Positions 37,325 through 62,100 of a DNA stretch of 64,000 bases are shown piece after piece. The DNA is taken from contig NC_045708.1 of assembly GCF_009834535.1 (NCBI RefSeq), positions 310,001-374,000 on the forward strand, in the 5' to 3' direction. Source of the stretch: Camelus ferus. Taxonomy: Eukaryota. The position numbers and the translations under genes were made by a program. The notes beneath the pieces were generated by a model that was given only the letters and a program-made list of their open reading frames with translations, did not search any database and was not told the DNA's origin. How positions within the stretch are numbered: the stretch's first letter is position 1; each line of letters opens with the position of its first letter.

Positions 37325-37330
37325 TTTATT
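37325..37330 (-). terminator. AATAAA polyadenylation signal of ACAP3
   Basis: TTTATT on + strand, about 1.3 kb downstream of the ACAP3 stop. Confidence 0.7.
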
Positions 37331-38619
37331 AACTGTGATCGGGAGCGGAGGCGGATCCCACCAGCCAAGGCCCAGGCAAAGGCCTTGATGCAGGCAGTAG
37401 GGTGGGAGGTGAGGGCAGAGCTCAAGCAGGGAGAGAGGAAGGAGTTAATTCTGCTCTTTAGGGGTCACAGCCAGCAGGTGAGGGAGTTGGGGGCCCAGTC
37501 AGCACCCACCTTGCTGCCCATGGAGCCTCCCTGGGCAGCCTTTGCATAGTGACCAGCCAACTGGCCTTGGCCTGGCCAAGGGCCCAGGCTGGGGAGAGGC
37601 CCAGCCACTGCCCCAGGGCTCCAGGGAAGGGGAATGCGGAAGGCATCAGAGGGCCCTGGGGGGTGAGCGAGGACCTGTGGGCCCAGCCAGGGGAGGGCAG
37701 GGCTGGCGAGGGACAGGGCCGAGCTGCAGGGGCCTCCCCCCAGCAGCAGGCAGAGCTAGGGGGTCAAGCTGGTCCTGGAGTCCACAGAGAAAAGACACAA
37801 GACAAAGTGAGAATGAGGTCCTTGTAGAAAACCCACTCAGTCCGTGACAAAGAACGTTGGATGCAGGGGTGGGAAGAGCCATGCCCCTGTCACCAGCTCT
37901 GGGACAAGTGCCTCTAGAGGAGGCAGGGATGGGTGGGGCTGCCGGCCCAAGGGCCTGCGTGGCCAGCCACGTGGCCTTGGGATGCCCCCGCCCAGCCAGG
38001 GTAGAGGTCCCAGGCCAGAGGACCCCCTCCCGCAAGCACCCAAGAAGCCCAGCCTGGATGCTGGGGTCACTAAGTGAGGTACACGGGTTGATTCCCTGGA
38101 TGGGATGCCCCTTCTGCCCTCAAAGGGTGCTGGTGGCCAGCCGCCAGCCCCAGGGCCTAGTGGAGGGGCTGGGGGTGTAGGAGGGACCCAGCTAGCAGGT
38201 CAGTGTTCTGGGGCAGTGAAGTAGGGGGACGAGGTGACACAGGCCCTGAGGGCAGACTGGGGCACAAAGTGGCATGGGGCCTTGAGGGTGGTTTGTGACA
38301 TGAGCAACCGAGGCCCCCTGAGAAGGGGCACTTGAAGACACAGGGTCCCTGGGTGGGGTGAGGGGCACCAGATGATGCAGCATCTCCTGGGGGAACGTGG
38401 AACTTCAGAAGACTCAGTGCTTGGGTCCTTTCTGCCTCCCTCCCCATCCTGGGGGTCGGGGCAGCTCCAAGGAGGGCAGAGCAGGTGCAGGGGCCCCAGG
38501 AGCACCCCAGGGTCGGGGCTCTCTGGAAATGGGCCCATGGTCGGCGCCTGCCAGGCTGCAGCCCGGCAGGGCAGGTGGGGGTCGGGCGGGGGTCCCGCCG
38601 CTGCCTGGCCCGGCCCGCC

Positions 38620-52043
<13,424 letters not shown>

Positions 52044-52190
52044 GGCTGCGGCGGCGCGGGGAGCTCACTGGCACGAGGACCGCGGAGTCCTGAGCGGCAT
52101 CCCCGGCCGGCCCGCCCGTCCACCCGCCCGCTCGGCGCTCGGCGCCCGCCCGCCCCGAAACCAGGCCGCCGCGCCACCGGCCCGCCCCGC

Positions 52191-52321
52191 CTGTCACCGC
52201 CGGGGAGCGTCGTCAAAGTCCGCCGCCCTCGCGCGCCGCCCGCTGTCACTGCCAGGGAGCGTCGCCAATGTCCGCCGCCCGCGCTCGCCGCCCGCTGTCA
52301 GAGCCGGGGAGCGTCGCCAAA
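52191..52321. repeat. 52-bp GC-rich tandem repeat, about 2.5 copies
   Basis: Units start at 52191, 52243 and 52295 (ctgtcaNNgccNgggagcgtcgYcaa...). Copies 1 and 2 match at 46 of 52 positions. Confidence 0.88.
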
Positions 52322-52774
52322 CGCCCCGACGTCCTGCCCCCTTTGGGCTGCGGATCGGCAGGGTAGGTGGGCCCAGCAACAGTCGCGAGGGCCGTCGGTC
52401 CGCGATCGCTCCGACGATCCGGCCGTTGGGCAACCCGGGGGGTGGCAACAAGCGCTCAGCTGGACCGCTGTGGGAGGCTGCGGGCGAGTGAGTGGGCGCG
52501 GCAGCGTGAAGGTCTGCGCTGAGCTGTGGCTGCCTCTCCCCTGGGCGGGCACTTTGCACCTGCTCCCTAAGTCTGGCCCCGCCTCCTCTCTCCTGCCCGG
52601 GGCGGCCTTGCGGGACGGCCCGGGCGGGGCGAAAGCGCAGGCGCAGGCGCGGGAGCTGCCTTGGGGGCGTGGCTAGGGTGCGCGCGCACGCAGGCCCACG
52701 TGAGGCCTCGGCCCTTTTGGCGCTCCGCGTGCTCCGGTTCTGCTGGGTCCCGCTCCGCCCGGTCCAGCCTGGCC

Positions 52775-55090
52775 ATGGGCGTCGGCCTGGCCGCGGGCTC
52801 GGTGCGCGTACGCTACCTCGTGTACTTCCAGTACTTGGGCACAGACTTTAAGTACGTCCTCCGGGCCCCCCTTGTGTAGCCTGGCGCCGTGGGGAGCACC
52901 CGAGCTCGATCTGGAGAGCGGCGGCCGGCCAGCACCAGAGGGGAGGGCGGGAGCTACGTTTAGGATCCGCGCCTCTGGCCTCGGTCCCTGGCCCGGAGAA
53001 GACTGCGCGGCCACATTTGGCTGCAGAGGGTGGGGCGGGTGGAGCCTGGGACGGGGCGGCCTCGGCGTGCTAACCTCCGCTCGCCCTTTCCGCAGCGGAG
53101 TAGCAGCCGTCAGGGGTGCCCAGCACGCCGTCGGGGTCCAGAACTACCTGGAGGTGAGCTCCGCTGGCCCAACCCCCGGGATGAAGGAGGGGGACTCCAG
53201 GGAGGTGCAGATGGGAGCTCTGCTCGCGGACGCTATGTCCCGCTAGGAGGCCGCAGAGCGGCTGAACTCGGTCGTGCCGGTCAAGTTCACCATCTCCAGC
53301 CGTACGGATGCTGGAGTCCACGCCCTGAGCAACGCGGCGCACTTGGATATCGAGCGCCGCTCAGGCCAGCCACCCTTCACCCCTGAGGAGCTGACGGAGG
53401 CCCTCAACACCCACCTGAGGCACCCGGCCATCCGGTGAGTGTTGCTGGGCTCTCCCGGGACTCTTGCAGTATGGGTAGAGGCGGAAGGTCAGGAAAAACT
53501 TTGTATCTGGACAGAACTTCTTGCGGGTGATGGGGGAGATGCCAAGATGTCACTTGAACAGGTGGTGGGGTCATTCCTGGCCTGACTCCCACAGGGTACT
53601 GCAGGCTTTCCGTGTGCCCAGTGACTTCCATGCCCGCTACAGCAGCCACGTCCAGGACCTATCTGTACCGCCTGGCTACTGGCTGCCCCAGGCCTGACCA
53701 GCTGTCTGTGTTTGAACGAAACCGGTGCTGGGCACTGCAGGCAGAGTAAGTGGGTGTGAGAGTGAGCAGGAGGGGGTTGCCAGACCCACCTGGCTGGCGG
53801 TTCACTCCTGACCTCTCACCTGGCTCCTTACAGCTGCTTGGATGTGGCTGCCATGCAGGAGGCCGCCCAGCACCTCCTGGGTACACATGACTTCAGTGCC
53901 TTCCAGTCGGCGGGCAGCCCGGCTGCTAGCTCAGTGCGCACACTGCGTCAAGCCTCAGTGTCTCCCGATCCAGCCAGCCCCTTTGTCCTCCCCCAAGAGA
54001 GCAGGTGAGGAAGGGCAGCCTGCACTCTGGTCTGGAGGCTGCAAAGGCTGGATTTAGTTCCAGCACCTTCCCTGATGAGTGCAGTACAGAGGCAGGACTG
54101 GGGGCTCCCGGGGCACGTGTTGGCTGTCAGGGAGGACGTGCTGGTCAGCTGAATGGTATGGCCCCAACACACCCAAAGTCTGCAACTGTGCCCTCCCCCA
54201 AGGTTGGGGTCCTTTCCAGAGCTGCCGACTATAGATTCTGGCAGCTGCAGAAAAGGTTCCACTGGGTGGAAGCGCCAGGCCAGTGGTTCCAGCCCAGTCT
54301 GGCAAGGGTTGGTGCCCCTGGCTCTAGCACTGTATTGGGGCCTCTGGCCAGATGACAGCTACTGACTTTCAGAACCTTCCCAGTTAGGGCTAGCACTGAA
54401 GGGAGGAGGGGCTTCTGCACAGCCAGCCTGGGACCCAAAGACCTGGGGCTTGTCTCGGGGAGATGAACTGGCTGGCTGCACCCTCTCCCTCAGCTGTGCC
54501 AGAGCCCACAGCAGGACCGCAGCCTCGGCAGCACCTCCACCTGCGGGCCTCATCCCCACAGCCGAGGCCCCCAGGATGTTCTCCTGTCCTTCCCTCTCAC
54601 AGGTGTCCCCTCTCTGGTTTTAGTCTCTCTTTCATCAAACTGGTGGGGTGGGGTGGTCAGTGGAGGTCTCTGGGGTGAAGGGGAGGGTGGGAACCAGTCA
54701 TTCCCCACCCCCTGCCCTGTCCTCCTCGTCTGAGGCCACACTGCAGGATGGGGCTGCCCTGAGGCCATGATGTCACAGGTGCCCCTGCCCTCAGGAAGCT
54801 ACAGTTCTGGAGCCTGGAGTTTGAGAGCCAGTCTTTCCTGTACAGACAGGTGGGCTCTGTCCTGGGGCCCTCCCGGGGGTGGGGCCCAGGGCTCGGGCAG
54901 TTGCAGCAGTCTGGTCTTGGGTCACAGGTGCGGAGGATGACAGCTGTGCTGGTGGCTGTGGGGCTGGGGGCTTTGACACCTGCTCAAGTGAAGGCAATTC
55001 TGGAGAGCCGGGACCCCCTGGGCAGACACCAGACCCGTGTGGCCCCAGCCCATGGCTTATTCCTGAAGTCAGTGCTCTACCCGGATCTTG
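52775..55090 (+). CDS. PUSL1: tRNA pseudouridine synthase-like 1 (TruA family); apparent +1 frameshift in exon 4; terminal exon unresolved
   Basis: Exons: 52775-52851 (RYLVYFQYLGTDF), 53096-53153, 53247-53434 (SSRTDAGVHALSN catalytic motif), 53595-53745 (151 nt, must be a multiple of 3), 53834-54004 (LLGTHDFSAFQS), 54795-54849 (FESQSFLYRQ), 54928-55090 (VRRMTAVLV...APAHGLFLKSVLY). A short final exon is expected, with candidate acceptors giving exon starts at 55549, 55566, 55596 or 55615; I cannot choose between them. Confidence 0.93.
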
Positions 55091-55848
55091 GTAAGAGGTG
55101 GCAGCCTGAGGAGATCCCTGTTTGTTACCCCACTGACCAACCCTTCCCAAGGCTGGGTCTTTGCTGGGGCCAGGCCTCTCAGTGGCAGTGTTAGCCCAAT
55201 AGTCAGGAATCCAGCGTGTGTGCAATAGGAAAGCCAGGCCCCAAGGGGCAGGGAGGTCCCAAGTTAGCCAACAGACCTCAGGCTGGAGACCAGTAGCCCA
55301 AAGGCAGGCAGGCAGCTTTGAATAGAGGTGCCACAGCCCCTCAGTCCAAGCTCCACTTATACATGGCCCCTATGGGGGAGTTTCTAGTGGGGGAGGGAGG
55401 CTGAGAGGGGGGTTCCAGAAGGCAGCATAAGTTAAGAGGGCTTTGAATCCTGGGGCAAAGGCAGGGGCTCCGTAGCCATGCTGAAGGCTCTGGCCCAGCC
55501 CCTGCAGAGACTGCCTTGCTCTGAAAATGACCTGGAGTTTGTCGGCAGGGTCTGCCCCCATGCAGCCTCACGCGCCCTCCGAGTCCACGGCACAGAAGTC
55601 CTGACAACCCCCAGATGCCCAGACAAGGTCACAGCAGCCATGGCGTGCTAGGCCCAGCTGCTGGACCCCGCCCCGTCTGCACACCATTGTGCCAGGCAGG
55701 AGCCAGCCCTGTGTTGTCCTGGGGCCACAGCAGGCCCCCTGCCTCCTGTCAGTCTGTGCCTGCCCCAAGTTCCCACCTCCCTAGGCACCTGCAGGAGGCA
55801 GGTGTAAGCACCAGGAAGGGAAACACCCAGACAGCCTGTGGTTCTGTT

Positions 55849-55854
55849 TTTAAT
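55849..55854 (-). terminator. ATTAAA polyadenylation signal of INTS11
   Basis: TTTAAT on + strand, about 300 nt after the INTS11 stop. Confidence 0.6.
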
Positions 55855-55907
55855 GGAAATCAGTACCCCGGGAGCCCCTAACCATCTTCCGGGAGCCCAG
55901 GAGTAGA

Positions 55908-55913
55908 AATAAA
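55908..55913 (+). terminator. AATAAA polyadenylation signal of PUSL1
   Basis: First canonical + strand hexamer I found after the last mapped PUSL1 exon. Confidence 0.6.
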
Positions 55914-56154
55914 AGGTGAAGAGGCCACCTGGCCCCTGTATTTCTTTAGCCAAAAGCAGCTGCTTGGGCAGGTGCAGTGGCCCTGTGGTTTCCCCACGGG
56001 TGAGGTTCCACATCGAAGACACAGAGCAGAGCCTGGGGTGGGAGCCGGGTCCATCTGGCTAGGCCAGGGCAGAGCCAGGCGCAGACAGTCCTGGAGTGGA
56101 GACCAGGTCCCTTCGGCTGGGAAAGGGCAGAGGCGGGTGCCTGACAGTGGGGCC

Positions 56155-59100
56155 TCAGCTGGCCTGGGGCAGGCCCTTCTTGAGCAGAGACGTGAGGTAG
56201 CTTCCCAACTCCTCATCCTACAGCCAAAGGCAAGTGGGGGCTGTTGGCTCCTCCCCCCCACCCCCCCCCAGGCAGCCCAGGGTGATGGGGTGACCCCAGC
56301 CTGTCCTAATCTGCTACCAGGGGCCGCTCACCTGGTAGGTCCAGGAGACCAGCAGCACCTTGGTGCTTGGGTCCTCTGAGTGGGCGGCAGCCTGGATGAG
56401 GATGGACTCCACGGTCACGGAGCCATCAGGAAGGTGCTGCACGCAGTGGTCCTTGAGGACGCTGCAAGGAGGCTTGGTGAGACTCTGCCTGTGCCCCATT
56501 CACACCCTGCCCCCCAGGGCCAGAGGGGCGGGTGCAGCGCCCACCTCTTCAGGTGGCTGTACACGCGCAAGGCTGTCTCCTGCTCCTTGCGTGTGTCGTG
56601 CAGGTGCACACGGCAGGTGAAGCGCAGCTGGTGCTCGGCTAGGCCCAGCTCCTTGAGGGCCTGCTCTGAGGACACAAGCCGGAAGTTCTGCAGGGCAGTG
56701 GCAGGTCAGAGAGCTTGGGAGCAGGCCCCGCCCCCGCCCCCGCCCCATGACTGCTGCGCACTCACACTGTCCTTCATGATCAGGGTGCCGTGCAAGAGCC
56801 GGGGCTTCTTGGCATCCGGGAGTAGCCCTGTGAGGCAGGGGCAGGGGGGGCTGGAGCTGTCTGTGGGGCCACCTGCCCAGCAGCTGCCCCACCCCACCCA
56901 GCGTGCCCTGCCCACATACCCTGTGCCATCTCCCGCTTCAGCAGCCCCAGTGAGATGCCCACGGGGATGCTGGGGCTTGTGGACAGCGTCACCGTCTCGC
57001 CGTTGGCCGGCATATAGCAGCTGACCCCTGGGCCGGGGGGTGAGAGAGCCTCAGTCCAGGGTGCCTGGCCCTGTCTGCACCAGGCCCTGCCTGAACCCCC
57101 CCTCACCCATGCCCGCCCTCGCCTGGGCTGCCTACGGAATTCCTGCTCAATCTTCTGCTTCAGAAACTCCATCTTCTTGGCCTCGCCATGCACCAGCAGC
57201 ACGTTCTCTGGCTCCGCCTGGCCCACCAGCTGCATGATGCCCTTGGCGTCTGCGTGGGCACTGAAGGACATGTACTCCACCTGCATCTTGACCTCCAGCT
57301 GCAGTGTCACAGCACGCATGCGAGCTGTCAGCACAGGGGCAGCTCTGAGGCCCCACCCACCCAGCAGGGGTTCCACAGAGCTGGGGGAGGCAGGGTAGGG
57401 GTGACTCACCACCTGCCGACCCTCCATCTCCAGCTTGCGCTGCCCACTGAGGATCTTGTGGCCCACGGTGCCCTGCACGCAGTAGCCAGGCATGATGACC
57501 TGTAGGGAGGGAGGGATGGTGCTGGCTGCTGCCCTGGACCCCACAGGCCTCCCACCTCCTACCTCGGGGTTTCCTCCAAGGACACCCCCCCCGCCCACCC
57601 TTTCTGCCCGTCTGAACCTGAGCCCTTCCTTGGTAGAGGCCCCTTGCCATTCCAGGCCTCACTGCAGACCCAGGGACGCTCAGGGTCTCAGCACAAGTGT
57701 GCCCAGGCCTGACACCACAATGGCTGCTCAGGAGGCCGAGGGCTTCCCTGCCTGGTGCACATGGACCAAGATGCAGCAGGAGTCTGAGCTGCCTGGGTCG
57801 GACACCAGAGCCCAGAGTACCAAGCCGCCTCCTGACAGCAGCAATGTCCCCAAGCCAGGGAGAACCTGACCCCCCTACCCCTGCCCAACCTCGCCAGCAC
57901 TCCAGGGCCAGGCCCTGGGGTCCAGACCCGCACCATGTTCCTCTCACTCCCTGCCCACTTCCGGAAGATCTGGAGGGATTGGCCAGCATGCAGCATCCCT
58001 GGTGTGGCAAACACGACCTGCAGGACGGGAGTGGGGGCGGGCGGTCAGAGCAGCAGAACCCCACCTGCCCTCAGAGCCTTCTGACTTCCCTGCTTCCCAG
58101 CACGGGGGCACCTCACTCCCTGCATGACCTGCAGGCAGGGCCCCAGCCTGGCAGGACCCCTCAACCCTGACCGCACCATCGGACCAGGGCTGTCGGCAAA
58201 CGCCCGGTCGAAGGCCTTGATGTGCTTGAACTCAAACATGTTCCTCTGCACAAAGGTCTTCCGGATCTTCTGGTTGGTCCAGGGGATGAAGAGCTTGTAG
58301 TAGTGGTTGGCCTTCTCCGTCAGACCCGTGGAGAAGTAGATGGGGGCCTTCAGGTCCATGCGCTCCCTGTAGCCAGGGCAGGACATGGTGGAGAGGCTGC
58401 CGGGCAGGGCCTGTCTGGGGCCCCGCATGCCCTCAGCTAGGCTGAGTCCAGTGCAAGGAATGCCACTCCCCGACACCTCCCACCCTACGGCCAGCAGGCC
58501 AGGGCTTCCAGGAGCCATCCTGGCTGTACCTACCAGAAGGTCTCCAACAGGATGCAGAGCTCCTGAGCGCGGCCCAGAGCAAACACGGGGATCAGCACCT
58601 GCAGGGGGAGGGTAGGGAGGGCAAGGGCGGCTCGGGCTGGAACCCTGGCCACGTTGACCACCCCCAAGCACAGTGGCGGCAGTGGCTCCCTGTGGCTGCC
58701 TTCTAAGGGAGCAGCTGCTGTGAAGACCAGCCCTGCTGGCAGCTCTGATGGCTGGAGGCTGTGTCCACTGAGGTCATGGCCTGGCATCTGGATGGCTGAA
58801 CTGTAGACAGCCCCCCACGTTCTGCCCCCAGCCAGTCTGTCCAAAAGTGACCATGGCAGATGCTCTGGCCAGCCCTTCACTGGGATCTGAGACATGAAGG
58901 CCAATGAACCCCCACTGAAGGGTCTTCAAGGTGAATTTTCCCTCCCATTCTGAGCATAACCTCTTCCCTCTATGCCCACAACACAGCACCATGGCCCCTG
59001 ACCACCTGCCAGGGGAAGCTGAAAGGCTTGGGGGCCACGAGGCCCAGCCCTGACTGGTGCCCATNNNNNNNNNNNNNNNNNNNNNNNNNNNNNNNNNNNN

Positions 59101-62100
59101 NNNNNNNNNNNNNNNNNNNNNNNNNNNNNNNNNNNNNNNNNNNNNNNNNNNNNNNNNNNNNNNNNNNNNNNNNNNNNNNNNNNNNNNNNNNNNNNNNNNN
59201 NNNNNNNNNNNNAGGCAGCTCTAGAACAGGTGGACAGGGCTCACGGTGGCAAGGTTTGGAGCAACCCCTGGATGCCAGCCCCTGCCCTCCTGCACAGGCC
59301 CCAGCAGTCAAACATCACAGGCAGCACCTGAGGGGGCCGGTGACGAGCTGATCCCTGGGAACCTGGCACACCCCTGAGGGTCACTGTGCTGCTGGGGCCC
59401 CACAGTGTGAAATAAATGCACTAGCCGGCCTACCTACCCCAAATGCCGGTCCGGGGTCATGTTATAATCACCCTGCAAAGAATGTGGCCGTGAGGAGGAT
59501 GCCTCCTCCCTCTCCCTGGCCAGGCAGTCCTTCCTGTGCCCCAGACGCTTCCACTGACCGTGTAGACCACAGACTCTGAGCCCACTTTAATCTGGAACAT
59601 GGCTGCTCCCAGCACGTGGCCTGCATAGTAAGCCTTGATTTCCAGTTCATCATCCACCTACGAAGAAAAGGGCTGAACTCAGGTCTGCAGGTGGTGCTGG
59701 GCCGGTGGTTGGTTAAGGGAGGACGGCAGAGGGGCAGGGAGGTGGGGGACGGACATGGACGACGTCTTCTAAGCCTTTTGTTGTCCCTGTTTTTCACACA
59801 CGAAGCTCAGTTCTCAATCAAAAGCAACCAGACACCAGAAATGAGACAACAGGGACGAAACCAAGAGAAGTAACAGTCTGGAAAAGCAAACTCAGGACTT
59901 CTGAAGTTCTCGGACATGGACTTCAAAGGACTGTGGCTAATGTATTCAGAGATAGAGGAGGATTGAGAAGGTCGGCCAAAAACTAGAAATCACTTTTCAC
60001 AATGTAGGAATTTTAAAGCCAGAAATGATAACAACCCAAACTAAGAATCCAACGACCCACAGCACCCAAGGCAGTCTACAGACGCAGCACAATCCTGTCC
60101 AATGCCAATGGCTTTCTTCACAGAACCAGAACAAATAACTGTAAAATCTGTATGGAAACACGAAAGACTCTGAATAGCCAAAACAACCTTGAGAACGAAG
60201 AACGGAGCTGGAGTAATCAGGCTCTCTGACTTCAGATGACACTGTAAAGCTACAGTCATCAGAACCGTGTGGTACTGGCACAAAAACAGAATATAGATCA
60301 ATGGAACAGGATAGAGAGCCCAGAAATAAACCCGCACACTTATGGTCAATTAATCTATGACAAAGGAGGTAAGAATATACAATGGAGAAAAGAGTGTCAT
60401 CAGTAAGTCGTGCTGGGAAAACTGGACAGCTACCTGTAAAAGACCAACATTAGAATGTTTTCTAACACCATATACAGAAATAAACTCAAAATGGATTAAA
60501 GACCTAAACATAAGACCAGAAACCAGAAAACTCCTAGAGGAAAACATACACAGAGCACACTTTGACATAAATTGTAGCAATATTTTTTTGGATTTGTCTC
60601 CTAAAGCAAAGAAAATAAAAACAAAAATAAACAAATGGAACCTAATTAGACAAAGCTTTTGCATCCACAAAATGAAAAGATAACTTGCTGAACAGGAGAA
60701 AATATTTGCAAATGACATGACCTATAAGGCATTAATATCCAAAATACATGAATAGTTCATACAACTCAACACCCAAAAAACAACCTGATTAAAAAATGGG
60801 CAGAAGACCTGAACAGAGATTTTTACAAAGAGGACATGTAGATGGCCAACAGGCACATGAACAGATGCTCAGCATCCCTAATCAAATCAAATACAGGGAA
60901 ATGCAGATCAAAACCACAATGAGAAGGAGGGTATAGCTCAGCGATAGAGTGCGTGCTTAGAATGCACAAGGTCCTGGGTTCAATCCCCAGTGCCTCCATT
61001 AAAATAATAAATAAACCTGATTACCTACACCCCACCAAAAAAATAAAAATTAAAAAAAAAAAAACCAACACAATGAGGTATCACCTCATACCTGTCAGAA
61101 CAGCCATCATNNNNNNNNNNNNNNNNNNNNNNNNNNNNNNNNNNNNNNNNNNNNNNNNNNNNNNNNNNNNNNNNNNNNNNNNNNNNNNNNNNNNNNNNNN
61201 NNNNNNNNNNNNNNNNNNNNNNNNNNNNNNNNNNNNNNNNNNNNNNNNNNNNNNNNNNNNNNNNNNNNNNNNNNNNNNNNTATATCTGAAAAAAATGGAA
61301 ACACTAATTCAAAAAGATACATACACCCCAATGTTCACAGCAGCATTATTTGAAATAGCCAAGACATGGATGCAACCTAAGTGTCCATCGACTGATGACT
61401 NNNNNNNNNNNNNNNNNNNNNNNNNNNNNNNNNNNNNNNNNNNNNNNNNNNNNNNNNNNNNNNNNNNNNNNNNNNNNNNNNNNNNNNNNNNNNNNNNNNN
61501 NNNNNNNNNNNNNNNNNNNNNNNNNNNNNNNNNNNNNNNNNNNNNNNNNNNNNNNNNNNNNNNNNNNAAAAGATGTAACACAGTCAATATAACAAAAAGA
61601 AGCAGACTCACAGATACAGAGAACAAATTAGTGGTTACAAGTTGGGAGAGGGAAGGGGGAGGGGCAAGACTGGGGTAGAAGATTAAAAGGAATAAACTGT
61701 CACATATAAAATAAATAAGCTACAAGGACACATTTTACAACACAGGGAGTATAACCAATATTTTATAATAAGTGGAGTATAATCTTTAAAAATTGAATCA
61801 CCGTGCTTGTGATACTGTAACTCAACTATATATTAACCTTTCTAAAAAGGAATTTGACAGATGAGTTTAACAGCATGTTACTGAGAAGAGAATTAATGAA
61901 CCAAGATGTCCGGAAGAGGATATCCAGCGCAGAGCACGGAGGAACAGGACGGGGAGGGTATGGGGAAGAAAGGTCTGGCATTCGGCTGACAGGGCCCAGC
62001 TGGGAGGAGAGCAGCAGGCAGAACCGCAGATCCAGGAGGCCCCGCATGAGAGCAGGCTCAGCAAGACGAGATGGGGGTCCACACCACATGCCCACCACAG

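Noticed and set aside
56688-56765. INTS11 intron 14 as a MIR6727-like mirtron
   Set aside because: Short G-rich intron at a plausible position, but I could find only weak, interrupted pairing.
60357-60683. ORF with reverse-transcriptase-region similarity
   Set aside because: Fragment of a truncated, disrupted L1 ORF2; not an active element or a host gene.
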